Source: Squalus acanthias (lineage: Eukaryota). Taken from it: a DNA stretch of 64,000 nt. The position numbers and the translations under genes were made by a program. Numbering within the stretch: position 1 is the first letter of the stretch; every line of letters starts with the position of its first letter. The notes under the pieces are model-generated. The model saw only the letters and a program-made list of their open reading frames with translations, ran no database searches and had not been told where the DNA came from. The DNA is taken from positions 312,001 to 376,000 of the forward strand of contig JASTWF010000341.1 of NCBI GenBank assembly GCA_030390025.1, written 5' to 3'. This document shows positions 14,077 through 27,312 of this stretch, piece by piece.

Positions 14077-14212
14077 CAATGTTCCCTGTAATATTTATCT
14101 GGGCTGTGCAGCCCCTTTAAAATACCGCGCATGCGCGGCTTTTCTATTTAATAACCGGCAAGCCGGTTGCGTGGGACCCCGGCAGCAGCCGCGCAGCTTA
14201 CAGGGAACACTG
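14077..14212. mobile_element. hAT-type MITE (136 bp)
   Basis: 15-bp TIRs CAATGTTCCCTGTAA / TTACAGGGAACACTG (1 mismatch); 8-bp TSD CATGGGAA / CATAGGAA. Confidence 0.85.
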
Positions 14213-14663
14213 CATAGGAACACCACCACCTCCAAGATCCTCTCCAAGTCACACAACATCCTGACTTGGAAATATATCGCCATTCCTTCATCGTCGCTGG
14301 GTCAAAATCCTGGACCTCTCTCCCTAACAGCACTGTGGGAGTACCTTCACCAGACGGACTGCAGCGGTTCAAGGCATCGACTCACCACCACTTTCCCAAG
14401 GGCAATTAGGAATGGGCAATAAATGCTGGTCTTGCCAGTGATGCCCACATCCTGTGAGTGAATAAATAACAAAAAATTCTTGCTACAGACTTGAAATGCA
14501 AATGTCACTGGGTCAGGCAACTCTCAGGCCTGTTTTAAATTACAATCTGCTTTGTTTCCTGTGAAGTCACTCCAAAACATGCAGGGATACTTCCCATCAG
14601 TGATGTGTATAACCAGACATTCCCAGTCTGTTGATGCTGCTACAATTGTTCGAAACAGAATGT

Positions 14664-14777
14664 CATAGAATCATACAGCACAGAAGGAGGCCATTCAGTC
14701 CATCATGCCTGACCGAGCTCTTTGAAAGAGTTGTCCAATTAGTCCCACTCCTCTGCTCTTTCCCCATAGCCCTGAAA
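14664..14777 (-). mobile_element. CR1-type 3' end fragment
   Basis: CATAGAATCATACAGCACAGAAGGAGGCCATTC resembles the 3' ends at 30572 and 36067. Confidence 0.6.
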
Positions 14778-15732
14778 ATGTCATGACCAGCAGTGGGGTA
14801 AATATTCCCAATTGTGAGATGGCCAAAACCCACTTGTGACTATGTGATTCCCAATTATCCAGTCAGCCTCACCTATGAAGATATTTATCATAGCTGGCCA
14901 CAATGTTACCTCTATTTATATCATGTCTTCTTGATTTGTTCATATAACGAATATTACACTGTTTCCCAATATTTATTAATGTTCTCTTGATTTGAAACTT
15001 TATTTAACACTTTAATGTCTTCCATTAAAATCAAAGGGAACCCTTTCTGCTATTGCAGCTAAAGTATCCGCACTGTAGCCAATCAATTCCCAAGAAAATT
15101 TTCATCAGATGGGAATTTAGTTTCCATGTATAGAGTATTCCCAGTTTCTTCAACAACTCGGGCTCTGACTGATAAAGTCTGCACTATCTAAGGTTAGAAG
15201 GACTGTGGGAATACTGCAACAATTTCAGGCCAGAATTAAAAGCATTCTGTACTGTTGTCAGCCTTCATAGAAAATAAGATCCAGCACAGAAAATGACAAC
15301 CTTTAATGGGAGTCTTTACCCAAGAACAATCTCTTGTTTCCTCCGGACAGGTTTCATTAGACAGTAGAAACTCATTTCCAACAGGGATATCAACTGAAAA
15401 CACAACATGCAACATTTCATGGCAAACAAGGTCTTGGCAAGGTAAAAGTGAATGAGTTCCATACAGGCTCGTTTATTAAGATTTATTTGATTAGATGATC
15501 AGAGGTACGGAGGCCAGATGTAGTGCACCTACCACAACTGAGATCAGCTATCTCACCACAGTTCAGCAATAAAACCTGGGATCTTCCTGCTCTGTATAGT
15601 TCAGTCACTCAAGGACCAAACTCGTCAAGCCGTCTTAGGAACCTCCCAAGCTAAATTTAATTGAAACTCCTGAAGGGTTCCACAGTTACAGTAATAATAA
15701 TACTTAATCGGTATAACCCTAGACTCCTTAAG

Positions 15733-15815
15733 ACTGCTGCTGAACCAAATAGATGATACCGTACAGTCCTCTGATCAAGGACTGTACGGTACCATCTATT
15801 TGATTCAGCAGCAGT
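15733..15815 (-). repeat. Isolated inverted repeat / hairpin, 38-bp arms, 7-nt loop
   Basis: Arms 15733-15770 and 15778-15815 pair at 36 of 38 positions. Both mismatches are C.A on + and become G.U on -. Confidence 0.9.
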
Positions 15816-16964
15816 GACAAATGTGTTTACTATGGTTTCTGTAAACTGAGACATATCCGTTCTAAAGCCTCCACATAAAGGACTGTTTCCCTCTTTTGAT
15901 TCTTGCCCACCAAGAACAGTCTACCAATACTAGTGAACAATTTAACAGTACATAGTGGATATTAATAATTTGAGACAGTCATTGTCTATCCTAAGCTGGA
16001 TTTAAATTTAAGACTACAGAAATGAAAAAAAGATAACTTGATCATTGCAATACTGTAATTATTTATGATAGAAAACTGAATATAATATTTCAACCGACAA
16101 TAATAAAAAACAATAAAATGTTATTTTTAAAACATGGTTAAAGCTTCAGATTTGCAGGATGTAAAAATAAGACTCAGTTAAAAGTTTGTGGGGTAAAATG
16201 TGACTTGTGCCCAAAACTGGCAGCAAGTCAGCAGAGCGACTGCACTGCCCACTGGACCATGCCTGCCTAAGACCCGAGCCAAATTAGATATTGGGCCTGA
16301 TTTGAATGGAATCAAGGAGCTATGGGACACCGAGCCAGCCCACAAGTAGGTTCTGTTGGGGGCCGGGGGGGCGATTGGAGGGGTGGGAGGAATGGCAGGC
16401 AAAGTCAAGGGGGGCAAGCCTGGGTCGGCAGCAGATCAAGTATTTTTGAGGAGCCAAGTGGAGGATTGTGCTCCTTCTGAGCCAACATAATATAACTCAA
16501 AAGTTTTGTGTTCGGTTTTTGAGTGGCCTGTAATGGTCCCTTTAAGGACCGTTGGTTAGGTCGCTCAAGACCTTGTACAATGAGGCGGAGCTTGTGCTCC
16601 ACAAGCTCCACCCATTTGTACATGAATTTTGCATCAGTATTCTGTAACAGGCATAGGTCTCTGATTTGTATAGCAAAGCAGCTTTACATCGGTTTTCGGC
16701 GGGTGGGCTGCTCGCCTATTTACAGACCTGCCTATATATGGCATTAGGCAGGCCTTGGGTGTCAATGGCACGGCCGAGGCGTTTTCCCCCTCCCCCACCC
16801 CACAATTTTCAACTCCTGAGCGCCCATTTTTCAGGTGCATAGTTAGTGGATTTCTCCTCCTTAGTTTATACTTCAGAAACTACTTTAGAAAAAAGACAAA
16901 ATTGGGCATATCAGTGTCTCACTTTGCAGAAGAGAAAAGGCGATGCACAAGATTTAAAAACAAT

Positions 16965-17725
16965 GGCCCAGAAATTGGAGTTCGATGGTTGCCGCGGGGG
17001 TAAGGATCCCCCGCGATATCGCACTCCGCGCCTACCTTTATGGTTTTGGCCCACACGAACTTCAGTTCCTGGGCCTCTCCCTGGTGCCGGCGCGCAGTGT
17101 GTGCGTGTCCCAGAGGCGCAGTTAGTGCGATGCGACCTCTGGGATCATGTGGGCCAGTTAGAGCCAATGGCAGCACACCATCTTTCATTCATAGTTTTGA
17201 CAGCAAGAGCTGTCAAAACTCTGAATACAAGCAGCCCCCAAAAGAACAGCTAAACCTCAATTAAATTTTTTTTAAAAGCCATCACATTAATAAAATAACT
17301 ATAGTTAAATAAATTAACCACTTTAGACAAAAATTTAAATTTTTGAAAATTTTTTAATTCTTTTTAAAAGTTATAAAAATAAACTTACCTTTCTTTAAAG
17401 TCTCTAAAAAAGATAAACCTGTTGAAAAAAATTTAAAATACTTAATTAACTACTTACCTTGTTAAAAGGGGGTCTTACGCCTGCTTTCTTTGTGTAAAAT
17501 CTTCAACACTTACCTGCGCGTTCAAACCTGAAAAAAAAACTAAGTGTGCTGCGTGCGCGCAACCTGTAGCGCGCACACGGTTCACTTAGGAACTGCCCCC
17601 TTTGCCATACACGAAGTGCCGGTTTCCCGCGCATGCGCAGTGCATGCAGGAAACCGGCACTTCGGGACCTAATACGCGAGAGTACACAGTGCGTACTCTC
17701 CCGCATTAGGTCTAATTTTTGGGCC
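16965..17725. mobile_element. Harbinger-like MITE
   Basis: TIR GGCCCAGAAATT / AATTTTTGGGCC (11/12); 3-bp TSD AAT; GC-rich ends, AT-rich centre, subterminal hairpins. Confidence 0.8.
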
Positions 17726-18653
17726 AATCACAATATTGTTTGAAAGAATTAATGGTTGCAGTGCAAGTTCCAAAGACTAGAATGCTATGCCCCGTTTGTA
17801 GCCCCACCTTTATTATGCATTACCTCCAGACCAAGTCAAATTGCTGTAAAGCCACTACCTTTCTGTAAAGGGTGCGGGAAAGTGAGGCCCAAGTTGATCA
17901 ATTTTATAATGAAGGATCTGGTATCAGCTTGGCACCTTTGCCAGGTGCGATCAGGAATCAAGTAGCATTATAGATCTTGTAGCACAGGGAATCGTAGGCA
18001 TGGATCTGTAAATCTGTATCTGTAAATCGATGGCAGAGTGTGATTTGTACACCAACAAGCTCCATCACTGGATACTTTTATAAATATTTTTTGGCGAACT
18101 TTTGTTTGTATCTCGTAAGTGATTTCAGTTTTGGCAATGGAACACCTTTCCACTTTTGACGTCTAGTGCCATGCAATGTTGATCACAGCTGGACGGAGCT
18201 CAAAGGCTCTTCTACTCTATTCAATCTCAAAAGCATCTCTACTACAGGCATGATTTTTTTTCCCTTTTCCACACTTATTAATGTGACTATTCATTTTCTA
18301 GGTAGTAATTGCCAAAATACATTTCACAATTTTTACAGTTGGCACAGGAGACTTTCATCCCATCAGTCTATGTCAATTCAAATCCTGATCCCCAAGATGG
18401 AAGTGTGGCGTGCCACCCCACTTTGCCACCTAGTCACTTTTATCAAACCAGCTGGTTGACAGAAGTCCAGGAAGTTGTCTTATTTTCCGATTTTTCCATG
18501 CTGCTCTGAGGGTAGCACACTTTATTTCCACCTCTAGGACCTGGATTTGAATCAGTACAGATTGACAGAATGAAAGTCTCATGTGCCAGCTGTAAGGCTC
18601 CTCTTACAGAATGACAGAACACAGCTTTAAAGTATCTATATTTTTAGTTGTAA

Positions 18654-20353
18654 TCTGCCACTTCCCTTCCTTCCCCTAGTCCACTGGGCCAAACTTCCTC
18701 TAAAGCTCCCCCTGCCCTAGCCCTGAACTCGCATCTTTCTCCAGCTTCTCTCCGATCTCCCCTCATGACTTCTCCGCGCTCATCTTGTCCAATGAAACCC
18801 ACTTCCTGCTCCCTCGACCCTATTCCCACCAAACTGCTGACGACCCAACTTCCTTTTCTGGCTCCCATGTTAGCGGACATTGTTAATAGTTCCCTCTCCT
18901 CAGGTATTGTCTCCCTCTCCCTCAAATCTGCTGTCATCACCCCTCTCCTAAGAAAAAACCATTGACCCCTCCGTCCTTGTAAACTACCGCCCCATCTCCA
19001 ACCTTCCTTTCCTCTCCAAAGTCCTTGAACGTGCTGTCGCCTCCCAAATCCGTGCCCATCTTTCCCACAACTCCATGTTTGAATCCCTCCATTCAGGTTT
19101 CTGCCCCTGCCACAGTACCAAAACGGCTCTCAAAGTCACAAATGACATCCTTTGTGACTGTGACAAAGGTAAACTATCCCTCCTTGTCCTTCTTGACTTG
19201 TCTGCAGCCTTTGACATGTTTGACCACTCCATTCTCCTCCAACGCCTCTCCACCGTCATCCAGCTGGGTGGGACTGCACTCGGCTGGTTCCATTCTTATC
19301 TATCTAATCGGAGCCAGAGAATCACCTGCAATGACTTCTCTTCCCACTCCCGCATCATTACCTCTGGTGTCCCCCAAGGATCTATCCTTGCCCCCCTACT
19401 ATTTCTCATCTACATGCTGCCCCTTGACGACACCTAGCTCTACCTCACCACCACTTCTCTCGACCCCTTCACGGTCTCTAAATTGTCAGACTACTTGTCC
19501 GACATCCAGTTCTGGATGAGCAGAAATTTTCTCCAATTAAATATTGGGAAGACCGAAGCCATTGTTTTCCGTCTCCACCACAAACTCCATTCCCTAGCCA
19601 CTGACACCATCCCTCTCCCCAACATTTGTTCGCAACCTTGGTGTCATATTTGACCCTGAAATGAGCTTCCGACCATATCCGCGGCATAACTAAGACCGCC
19701 TATTTCCACCTCTGTAACATCGCCCGTTTCCGCCCTTGCCTCAGCTCATCCGCTGTTGAAACCCTCATCCATGCATTTGTTACCTCTAGACTTCACTATT
19801 CCAATGCACTGCTGACTGGCCTCCCACGTTCTACTCTACGTAAACTTGAGGTCATCCAAAACTCGGCTGTTCATGTCCTAACTCGCATCAAGTCCCGTTC
19901 ACCCATCACCCCTGTGCTCGCTGACCTACACTGGCTCCCGGTTAAGTAACGCCTCGATTTCAAAATTCTCATCCTTGATTTCAAATCCCTCCATGGCCTC
20001 ACCCCTCCCTATCTCTGTAATCTCCTCCAGCCCCAAAACCCCCCGTAATATCTACGCTCCTCTAATTCTGCCTGCTTGAGCATCCCTGATTATAATCTCT
20101 CAACCATTGGTGGCCGTGCCTTCTATTGCCTAGGCCCTAAGCTCTGGAATTCCCTGCCTAAACCTATCCGCCTCTCTACCTCTCTTTCCTCCTTTAAGAC
20201 GCTCCTTAAAACCTCCCTCTTTGACCAAGCTTTTGGTCATCTGCCCTAATTTCTCCTTATGTGGCTCGGTGTCAAATTTTTGTCTTATAATACTCCTGTG
20301 AAGCGCCTTGGGACGTTTTACTACGTTAAAGGCGCTATATAAATACTTGTTGT
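18654..20353 (+). mobile_element. L2 LINE, 5'-truncated
   Basis: [29 protein letters not shown]; same 3' tail as the 4351 copy. Confidence 0.93.
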
Positions 20354-21016
20354 AATTTCACTGGCAATATCCCATAGGTCCCTCAGAATATTTCAAGTGG
20401 AAGTTGCTGGGCAGTGTGTTTGTTGTAGAAATTTGGCACCAGGATTTCAAAATTAAAATTGTTGTACTGCAAAATTTTGCACTCAAAAAAAGTTTTAAAT
20501 TGAGCATGAAATTGCCAGTCCAAAGTGAAAGACTTGCAGTGAATGCTATTTGGTTCATTACTGGTGGATCAAGACTGGTCTCTTTGTAGGTTTTGAATAT
20601 TTACAGGCAAAAGCAATCCAGAATGTGGGCCTGACCCAGAGTCCAACCTACATTTTAGCACGGTGTTACAGTAAATTGATATCAAACTCAAGACTGAAAT
20701 TTAGTTCCCTCAGGTACTAGCTGACTTCAGCACTGCTCTCAGTAATAAGTTCTAAAGGAATTTATACTACAAACTTGTGTTCCCCTCACGTTGTAACAAG
20801 ACAAGTGGAATAGTTTAGGTTTGTTGCTTTTCTTTAAAAAAAAAATTGCTGTTGTAAAACATATTGCTTGAATATAACCATATTCTAGTGGAATTGTGAA
20901 TGAAAAGGATGGTAGTTGTTCTGCAATGTCACAAAACAAGATTTTTATTTTCATTGGAACTTTACACCATCACACAAAAGGTTTTTTTAAAAACTGCAAA
21001 TATCGGAAATCTGAAG

Positions 21017-21190
21017 AAAAATAGAAAATGCTAGAAATATTCAGATTAGTCAGCATCTGTAATGAATAAAAACAGGTTAATGCTTTGTCAGAACAGGAGA
21101 TCAGAGGAAAGGTTATACCCAATAAGTTATCCTGTCTTTTCTCTTTAATGCTGACTGAACTGCTGTGTATTTCCAACAGTTTTGTTTTTG
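21017..21190. mobile_element. Degenerate inverted pair of Penelope terminal sequences
   Basis: AAAATAGAAAATGCTAGAAATATTCAG...GTCAGCATCTGT resembles 44036-44085; its approximate reverse complement (ATGCTGACTGAACTGCTGTGTATTTCCAACAGTTTTGTTTT) lies at about 21148-21189. Confidence 0.5.
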
Positions 21191-24100
21191 TTATTTATGG
21201 AAGTCTGCAACTTGGGACTACTCATTTGCAGGTAAGAAGTCCTCATGGGAGTTGGCAAAGACCATGATATTAAAGCTAAAACTCAGGTAGAAGCCCAAGA
21301 GCTCAAAACATTTTGAATCCCTATCAAAAGCTTATGATTTAAGTATACCTCAAAAGTACCCGACACAGTTAGTCTAACTTCATCAGGTTCTAGGCCAAGC
21401 TGAAGGGCCAGCGATGAGCTGCTACATGATAGTGAGTGAAGGGGAGGAAGGACAGACAGCCTTGAAACATGTATTGCCTGATCACAGGGCCGCCCTGATG
21501 GTGATCATGAAATGCATAGCAGTGACCTACCCAGGGTGTATATATGTGCTAAGCAGCCTGCAAGCAGTGAAACAAAAAGATAATGAGAAAAGAAAACTAA
21601 ATCTAATAATAAAAATAAACCATAGTGACTGCAGTGAAAGCTGGTTGAGTAAAACCCATAAATATCAATAGCTGCTTTCGACATTTATGTGGTGTGCTAA
21701 CCTATGGAGTCCCTGTTTATTCAACAGGGCAAGAGCTAATTAATAAATCAAACTATACAATTAAAACTGTCAGTCTCTCAAATCATTATATAGTTCCAAA
21801 GAATGCAGTGAAAGCAAAGCGCCCCTCTGGTGTCTGCACAGCCTCTGATTAAGCTACTGAGACTACAATAGTTTAGAGCCCTAGTAAAGAAACATTTGGA
21901 AGTCGTTCAGGCCTGCACAAAGCCTGTGCTCACCAGGTTTCCAGTCTATGTGGGAAGCCACATAAAGACAAGCTCTGCTGCTGTCTTACATTTTCCAAAC
22001 ACATGTATAACTGAAAGATATGGTTAAAACATTTTGCTGTAAAACATGCGGCTACCTGGTACCTGTTGTCTCAATTCGTAATTCATATCCTGTAACACAG
22101 ATCTGGAACAGATGCGCCACTGATGAGCGCGCCAAAAAATTGAGCAAACCAGGTGTTTTATTCCTGTGCAAACATCAAGCAAAAGTTTGACTTTGAAAGA
22201 TAGCAGAGTTGAACATTTGTTTGCAGAACACAAGCATTAGCACTCCTGGCACTTTACATAAAATTACTTGCACATGGTCATTAAATGCTGAGTAAAGAGC
22301 AATAGACAACAGGTCTGTAGTACAGAGGTGAAGGTATTTATTAATGCTGTTTTTATGTTGCACCACGGGGACAAGTTTTACCCTCCCTGCTTTTCCTTGC
22401 AGTGTGCTGCTAATTCTGATATGGGTCTTTGGGAGGCCTGTACTTTATGGCTCCTTCCATGACAAGACCCGTGAAAAAGAAGATCTAGGATGTCATTAGA
22501 AGTGTGGAAATTGTGCCCTTAACACTTAATAAGCATTCAACAACAGGAGTAATGTGTGCTTGAGCCCAAGTGCATATTGCCAAAGTAAAACTGCCATGAG
22601 ACAGGAAGGTAAATTACTGAATAAGTACCGTCACTGATCAGGACTTGCCATAGAATTCCTCTCTCATCTCTGATTATTCAGAAAGTGAAAGTTTAAAAAT
22701 AGTTTGTTTAGGAGAGTCCTCTGTGGAGAGAACATGCTAGGAGTATGTCAGACAACTCAAAAATTAATTAACAAGCAGATCTCTGGTGGCATTGCTCATA
22801 GTGCTTTTATAATAGGGATGTTATTAAGAAAGTGTGACAGGAAGAGTGTTACACGCAGTAAGTATGACAGTTCCAGGCAACATGTGCTGCACAAAGACGA
22901 TTAATAAGTTGGAAATAGATAGATGGGGGGAGATTAGGCAGCCCTGGGAAAGTCTGAGGGTGAATAATTAAACAATAGGTAGAGTAGGGGGATATAGAGT
23001 AGCAGAAAGGGAAGTAAGTGGATAGGGTTTGGGGTTAGTATCACAAAATATTTATTTTGAAATTGATGGGAGCAAGTAGATAGAAGTGGAAAAGACTGAG
23101 GTTGAAGACAACCATCAGGGAAAGGGAGGGGCAATAGGGAAAGGGAGGAGTGGGAGTAGATTGCGGGCTAGGTAATCGAGGCTATTAGAGGAAATACTTA
23201 CTTTGAAATGAGGTCCGAGTAGGGAGCAGCAAGCAAGAAGAAGGAAAAGAGCAGGCAGAGCAGGGGGAAAGGGAGACAGCAGGAGGAAGACAGTAGTGGA
23301 AGGTAGAGTAGCAGGATGGGAAGGAAAAGGAAGAATCTGCCACTTTTAAAACAAAGCTAAGGCACAGTCGGGAAACAGGAGGATGACTAGCATTTCAGGG
23401 AGAATGGGGAGACCATGTTGATTGATGCTGGAAAGATTTGGAGGCAGATTGGGATAAAGCAGGTTTGACATCGCAGAATTAAAAAAAATTGAAAGTAGAG
23501 CAGTAATCTTTAAAATAAAGCTGAGACACAACAGGACAGAAAAGCAGGAGTAGCATTTCATGTAGTGCAGGAGTAAAGACCTTCCATGTGGGTTGACGTT
23601 CGAAAGCAATGGCAGGGAAGAGAAGAGCGGTGGTGTTTCAAGAATTTAAAAAAGGCATTTTATTTTTAAAACTGGAAGATTTCTGGCAGGAAGAGCTGTT
23701 AAAATAAAGTACTGGCATGTAAAATTCAAAGTGGTGGCATTTCAGGAACTGGAAACTAGCTTCAGTGGCGGAATGGGTTAGCAGTGGAAGAGGAATTTTT
23801 TTTAAAAGACTATAAGTTTTTAAAATAAAGTTATGGGGGGAAAAATTACATTGGGGCTAGACAGGGCTAGGAGCAAGAGGGCTAAGGAAACTCACAGCAG
23901 CAGATGGAGCTGGAGAAGCTTGGACGCAGTGTTAACAGGCTCCAGAGCACTAAGTCGTGGTGTGATGGCCAACTGTGATAAGCAAATTATACATAAATTG
24001 CCACCTACTGACATCATAGGGCAACGTAACAGTTAAGTGTGGACATCTTAATATAGGATTCCTCATAGATAATGTTCACATAGCAGTTTTTAATGCAGCG

Positions 24101-24790
24101 TGTGACCCATGTAGTATTTTAATATATTATATATATTATTTTTAAAAGATGAATCATGGTGAAAAATCTACCATAATCCTCAAACTGCAAAACTGGACAT
24201 AATTATTTAATGAAAAGGTTTCTAGTTTAAGATGTTTTCTGTTTAGTTTCTTTTGCAAGTATTTACCAGCATACTGTAGCTGCATATTTTCTTTATTAAA
24301 AGCAAAAACATACTTGGCAAATCCAAGCTGATTTTTCATTTAAGACTTGTACATATGACCTCAGAATGTTATATTAAATTTTTGAGCTGAAAACATGGAT
24401 GGAACAAGTTTCTTTACTGCCAACATAGTACAACAAATTGAATTAAGTGGATTACATTTTTAAAATTTCCAATTTCACTGCATTTCAAATGGATATTATG
24501 AGATTTACATCAAGCTGTAACTAAGTATGGAAATACTGTGGAGGATAACAACCATGCCGAGTACTGTAAAAACTGGTGTATAAGTCACCACAGAAAACAC
24601 AATTCATGTAGTTTGCATTTCTAAAGTATGCTGTAGTATATTGTTCAAAGTACTGAGCTGCTATTTAGTTAATACAAAACCTCCAATTGAACAAATGTTC
24701 TGTACTACAAGTCACACTCATATTTGCACCACTCAATCATGCAAGTTATTTACTGGGTTCACAGCTGTTATCTGCACAGTTAGAAACTTA

Positions 24791-26560
24791 GGCCACGATT
24801 TTGCCGGCGCTCAGGAGGACAGGTTTGGAGGCGGGTCCGCGGTCAAAATAGAAAAGATTGACAGCGGGTTGGGAACCCGCTGTCAACCCGCCTCCACACG
24901 AGCCTCCCGGGTGTTGGGTCTGTCGGCGCTGCACAGACCCAACACCAAACGGCGGGGGAGGCAATTAACATCATTAAATGGGTTGTTAACATCCAATTAA
25001 CTGTTATTTTAAGCCTACATTTCAATTTTATGTGCTCCCCCACGGGATACCCGCTGCTCGGGGAACACGCCAGCTCAGCATGTCATGAGTGGATTCAGCA
25101 TTGAATTATCTCATGACCTGACAGCTGCCAAAGTTGTATAAAAGAAGATCCCATGTTACAGCTGTTCACTTTCAAAGCTCAGAAACTGTTGGTTACTGCA
25201 TTTGGAAAACATATTGAACTTTCTGCAGCTTGCAAGTGTTTGGAGCCAACTCTCTATCCAGTGCCACCTCATTGGAAAAACCTCTCTCATCACTGACAGA
25301 TCGCTTCTGTCATCTCAACCTCACCTGCCATCTATTCCATCAGCATCGTTACCCTTGAAAATATCTCGCCTTGGTCCTCAGAATCCCACCAAGATCAGCC
25401 CCAACACCAGCATCACCAGGCACACCAGCAGCACCAACAACACCACCAGCCTTCTCCGCAATCAACTGATGCTGCACAGGACACAGGGCATCAGCACCTG
25501 ACCACATTGCTGCCCGGAAGGCCAGGGAAGGCCTCACCATGGCCAGATTTACTTTACTTGACGCTATACACCCTGGATGCCACATGATGCGCCAGGTTGG
25601 CACCATCCCACACCAATACCATAAAGCATCCCTACAATGCCCAATTCATTCCTTTTACACTCATCACCATTGCAGAGGGTACCGTTATGTCTCATCATTC
25701 ACTACAACTCACTAAGCCACTTCCAAAGGTGCACACAAATCTGTCCAAGAATGCAAAGTGCTGGAAATAAAGGTTTCAATGTTTGACAGCACATTACCAG
25801 AAACTTTACATGAACATTGGCTAAACCACCCAACCACCCTTGTGTGTTGTTAGTTGGTATGATTGGACTAGGATGAGGGCGAGTGGGAGGGGTGGCTAGT
25901 GAAATGGGGAAGTGATAATGTAGAGAGAGAGGGATTGGGTGGAGCTGCAAGGTAAGTTGGTGAGAGTAAAGATGTGCAGGATTGAGTAGGGAAGGCAGAG
26001 TGATGTGGATGTGATGAGTGGCACAGCAGGATGAGGTTGAGTGTGGCTTGGCAGTAACATTTCGCGATGAGATAATTGAAAGGCTTGCGCCACTGCAGCC
26101 TGGTCCTCCTGACGACATCCCTTCTTGTGCCCTCCTCTGCAATGTGCAACCAGGCTGTGTTGATCTCCTGGGGAGGTCTCTTCCACCCATGGGAAGGGAA
26201 GAGAACCTCCCTGCGTGCTGTGACTCCCTCCATATGCTTATGGAGGGAGTCATGGGAGAGCCTGGGTGCAACTGTGCACCTTTGTGCAGTGCATGTCAGT
26301 ATTTGCAGCACCTCAATGCTGTAGAACATTGACAAAACTACTGTCAAAACCAATTTGGACATGGCCCCTTTAAGGAAACCAGCTGATGACACGTCATCAA
26401 ATGAAGTCATCAGACCCGTTTCCTTTTAATTGGCTGGGAACCTCACAGGGCGGGCTTAACAAGCCCTATTAACGTACAATCACTTGGAGAGTGCGGGCTG
26501 CAGTAGGCAGCGGGCTGGGACCATGACACTGACCCCGCTTCGGTCGGCGAAATCACGGCC
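24791..26560. mobile_element. Non-autonomous PIF/Harbinger element with Myb/SANT remnant
   Basis: TIR GGCCACGATTTTGCCG / CGGCGAAATCACGGCC (13/16); canonical TTA TSD on both sides; - frame VAPRLSHDSL...RREVLFP...AWLHIAEE...RTRLQWRKPFN. Confidence 0.85.
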
Positions 26561-26711
26561 TTAGTTTCCATAAACTGTTTTTTGTCCAGTGTGAATGAGA
26601 GAATTTCTTCCTTTCACTATTTAAAATTTCTACTTCTGCACTCCTCTAAATTGAGAAGTCAAGCAGGTATATATTCCCAGGTTTCCACTAATACCCCTTT
26701 AGGACCAGGCT

Positions 26712-27312
26712 GTGTCAAAATTTGACACCAAGCCACATAAGGAGATATTAGGTCAGGTGACCAAAAGCTTGTAGGAGAAGAAGAAATCGGGGATACACAA
26801 GAGGCCAGAATTGGAGGAATACAGAGTTTTCGGAGTGTTGTAGGGCTGGAGGAGGTTACAGAGATAGGGGAGGGGGTGAGGCGATGGAGGGATTTGAACA
26901 CAAGGATGAGAATTTTAAATTCGAGGCCAGGAGCCAATATAGTTCAGCGAGCACAGGGGTGATGGGTGAATGGGTCTTGGTGCGAGTCAGGATACGGTCA
27001 GAAGTGCTTTGGATGAGTTAAAGTTTACTGAGGGTGGAAGATGGGAGGCCAGCCAGGAGAGCATTGGAATAGTTGAGACTGGGGTAACAAAAGCATGTAA
27101 GACGGTTTCAGCAGCAGACGGGCTAAGGCAGGGCATAGACAAGTGATAGTACAAAGGTGGAAGTAGGCGGTCTTGGTGAGGGGAAGGATATGGGGCGGGG
27201 GCTCAGTTCAGGGTCAAATAGGACGCCAAGGTTGCGAACAGTGTGGTTCAGCCTCAGACAGCGGCCAAGGAAGGAGATGGAATCGGTGGCTAGGGAACGG
27301 AGTTTGCGGCAG
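26712..27312 (-). mobile_element. L2 3' fragment, deleted
   Basis: FKILILVFKSLH and RLNHTVRNLGVLFDPELS, shared with other L2 copies. Confidence 0.85.

Larger units (their letters stand above)
11060..14470 (+). mobile_element. CR1/L2-group LINE (separate family), decayed, interrupted by a CR1 and a MITE
   Basis: RT motifs LDIKAAFD and MFADDC (about 11437-11710); C-terminal SVMEYSPLAWM (13747-13938); 3' end GGGCAATAAATGCTGGTCTTGCCAGTGATGCCCACATCC at about 14415-14452. Confidence 0.8.
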
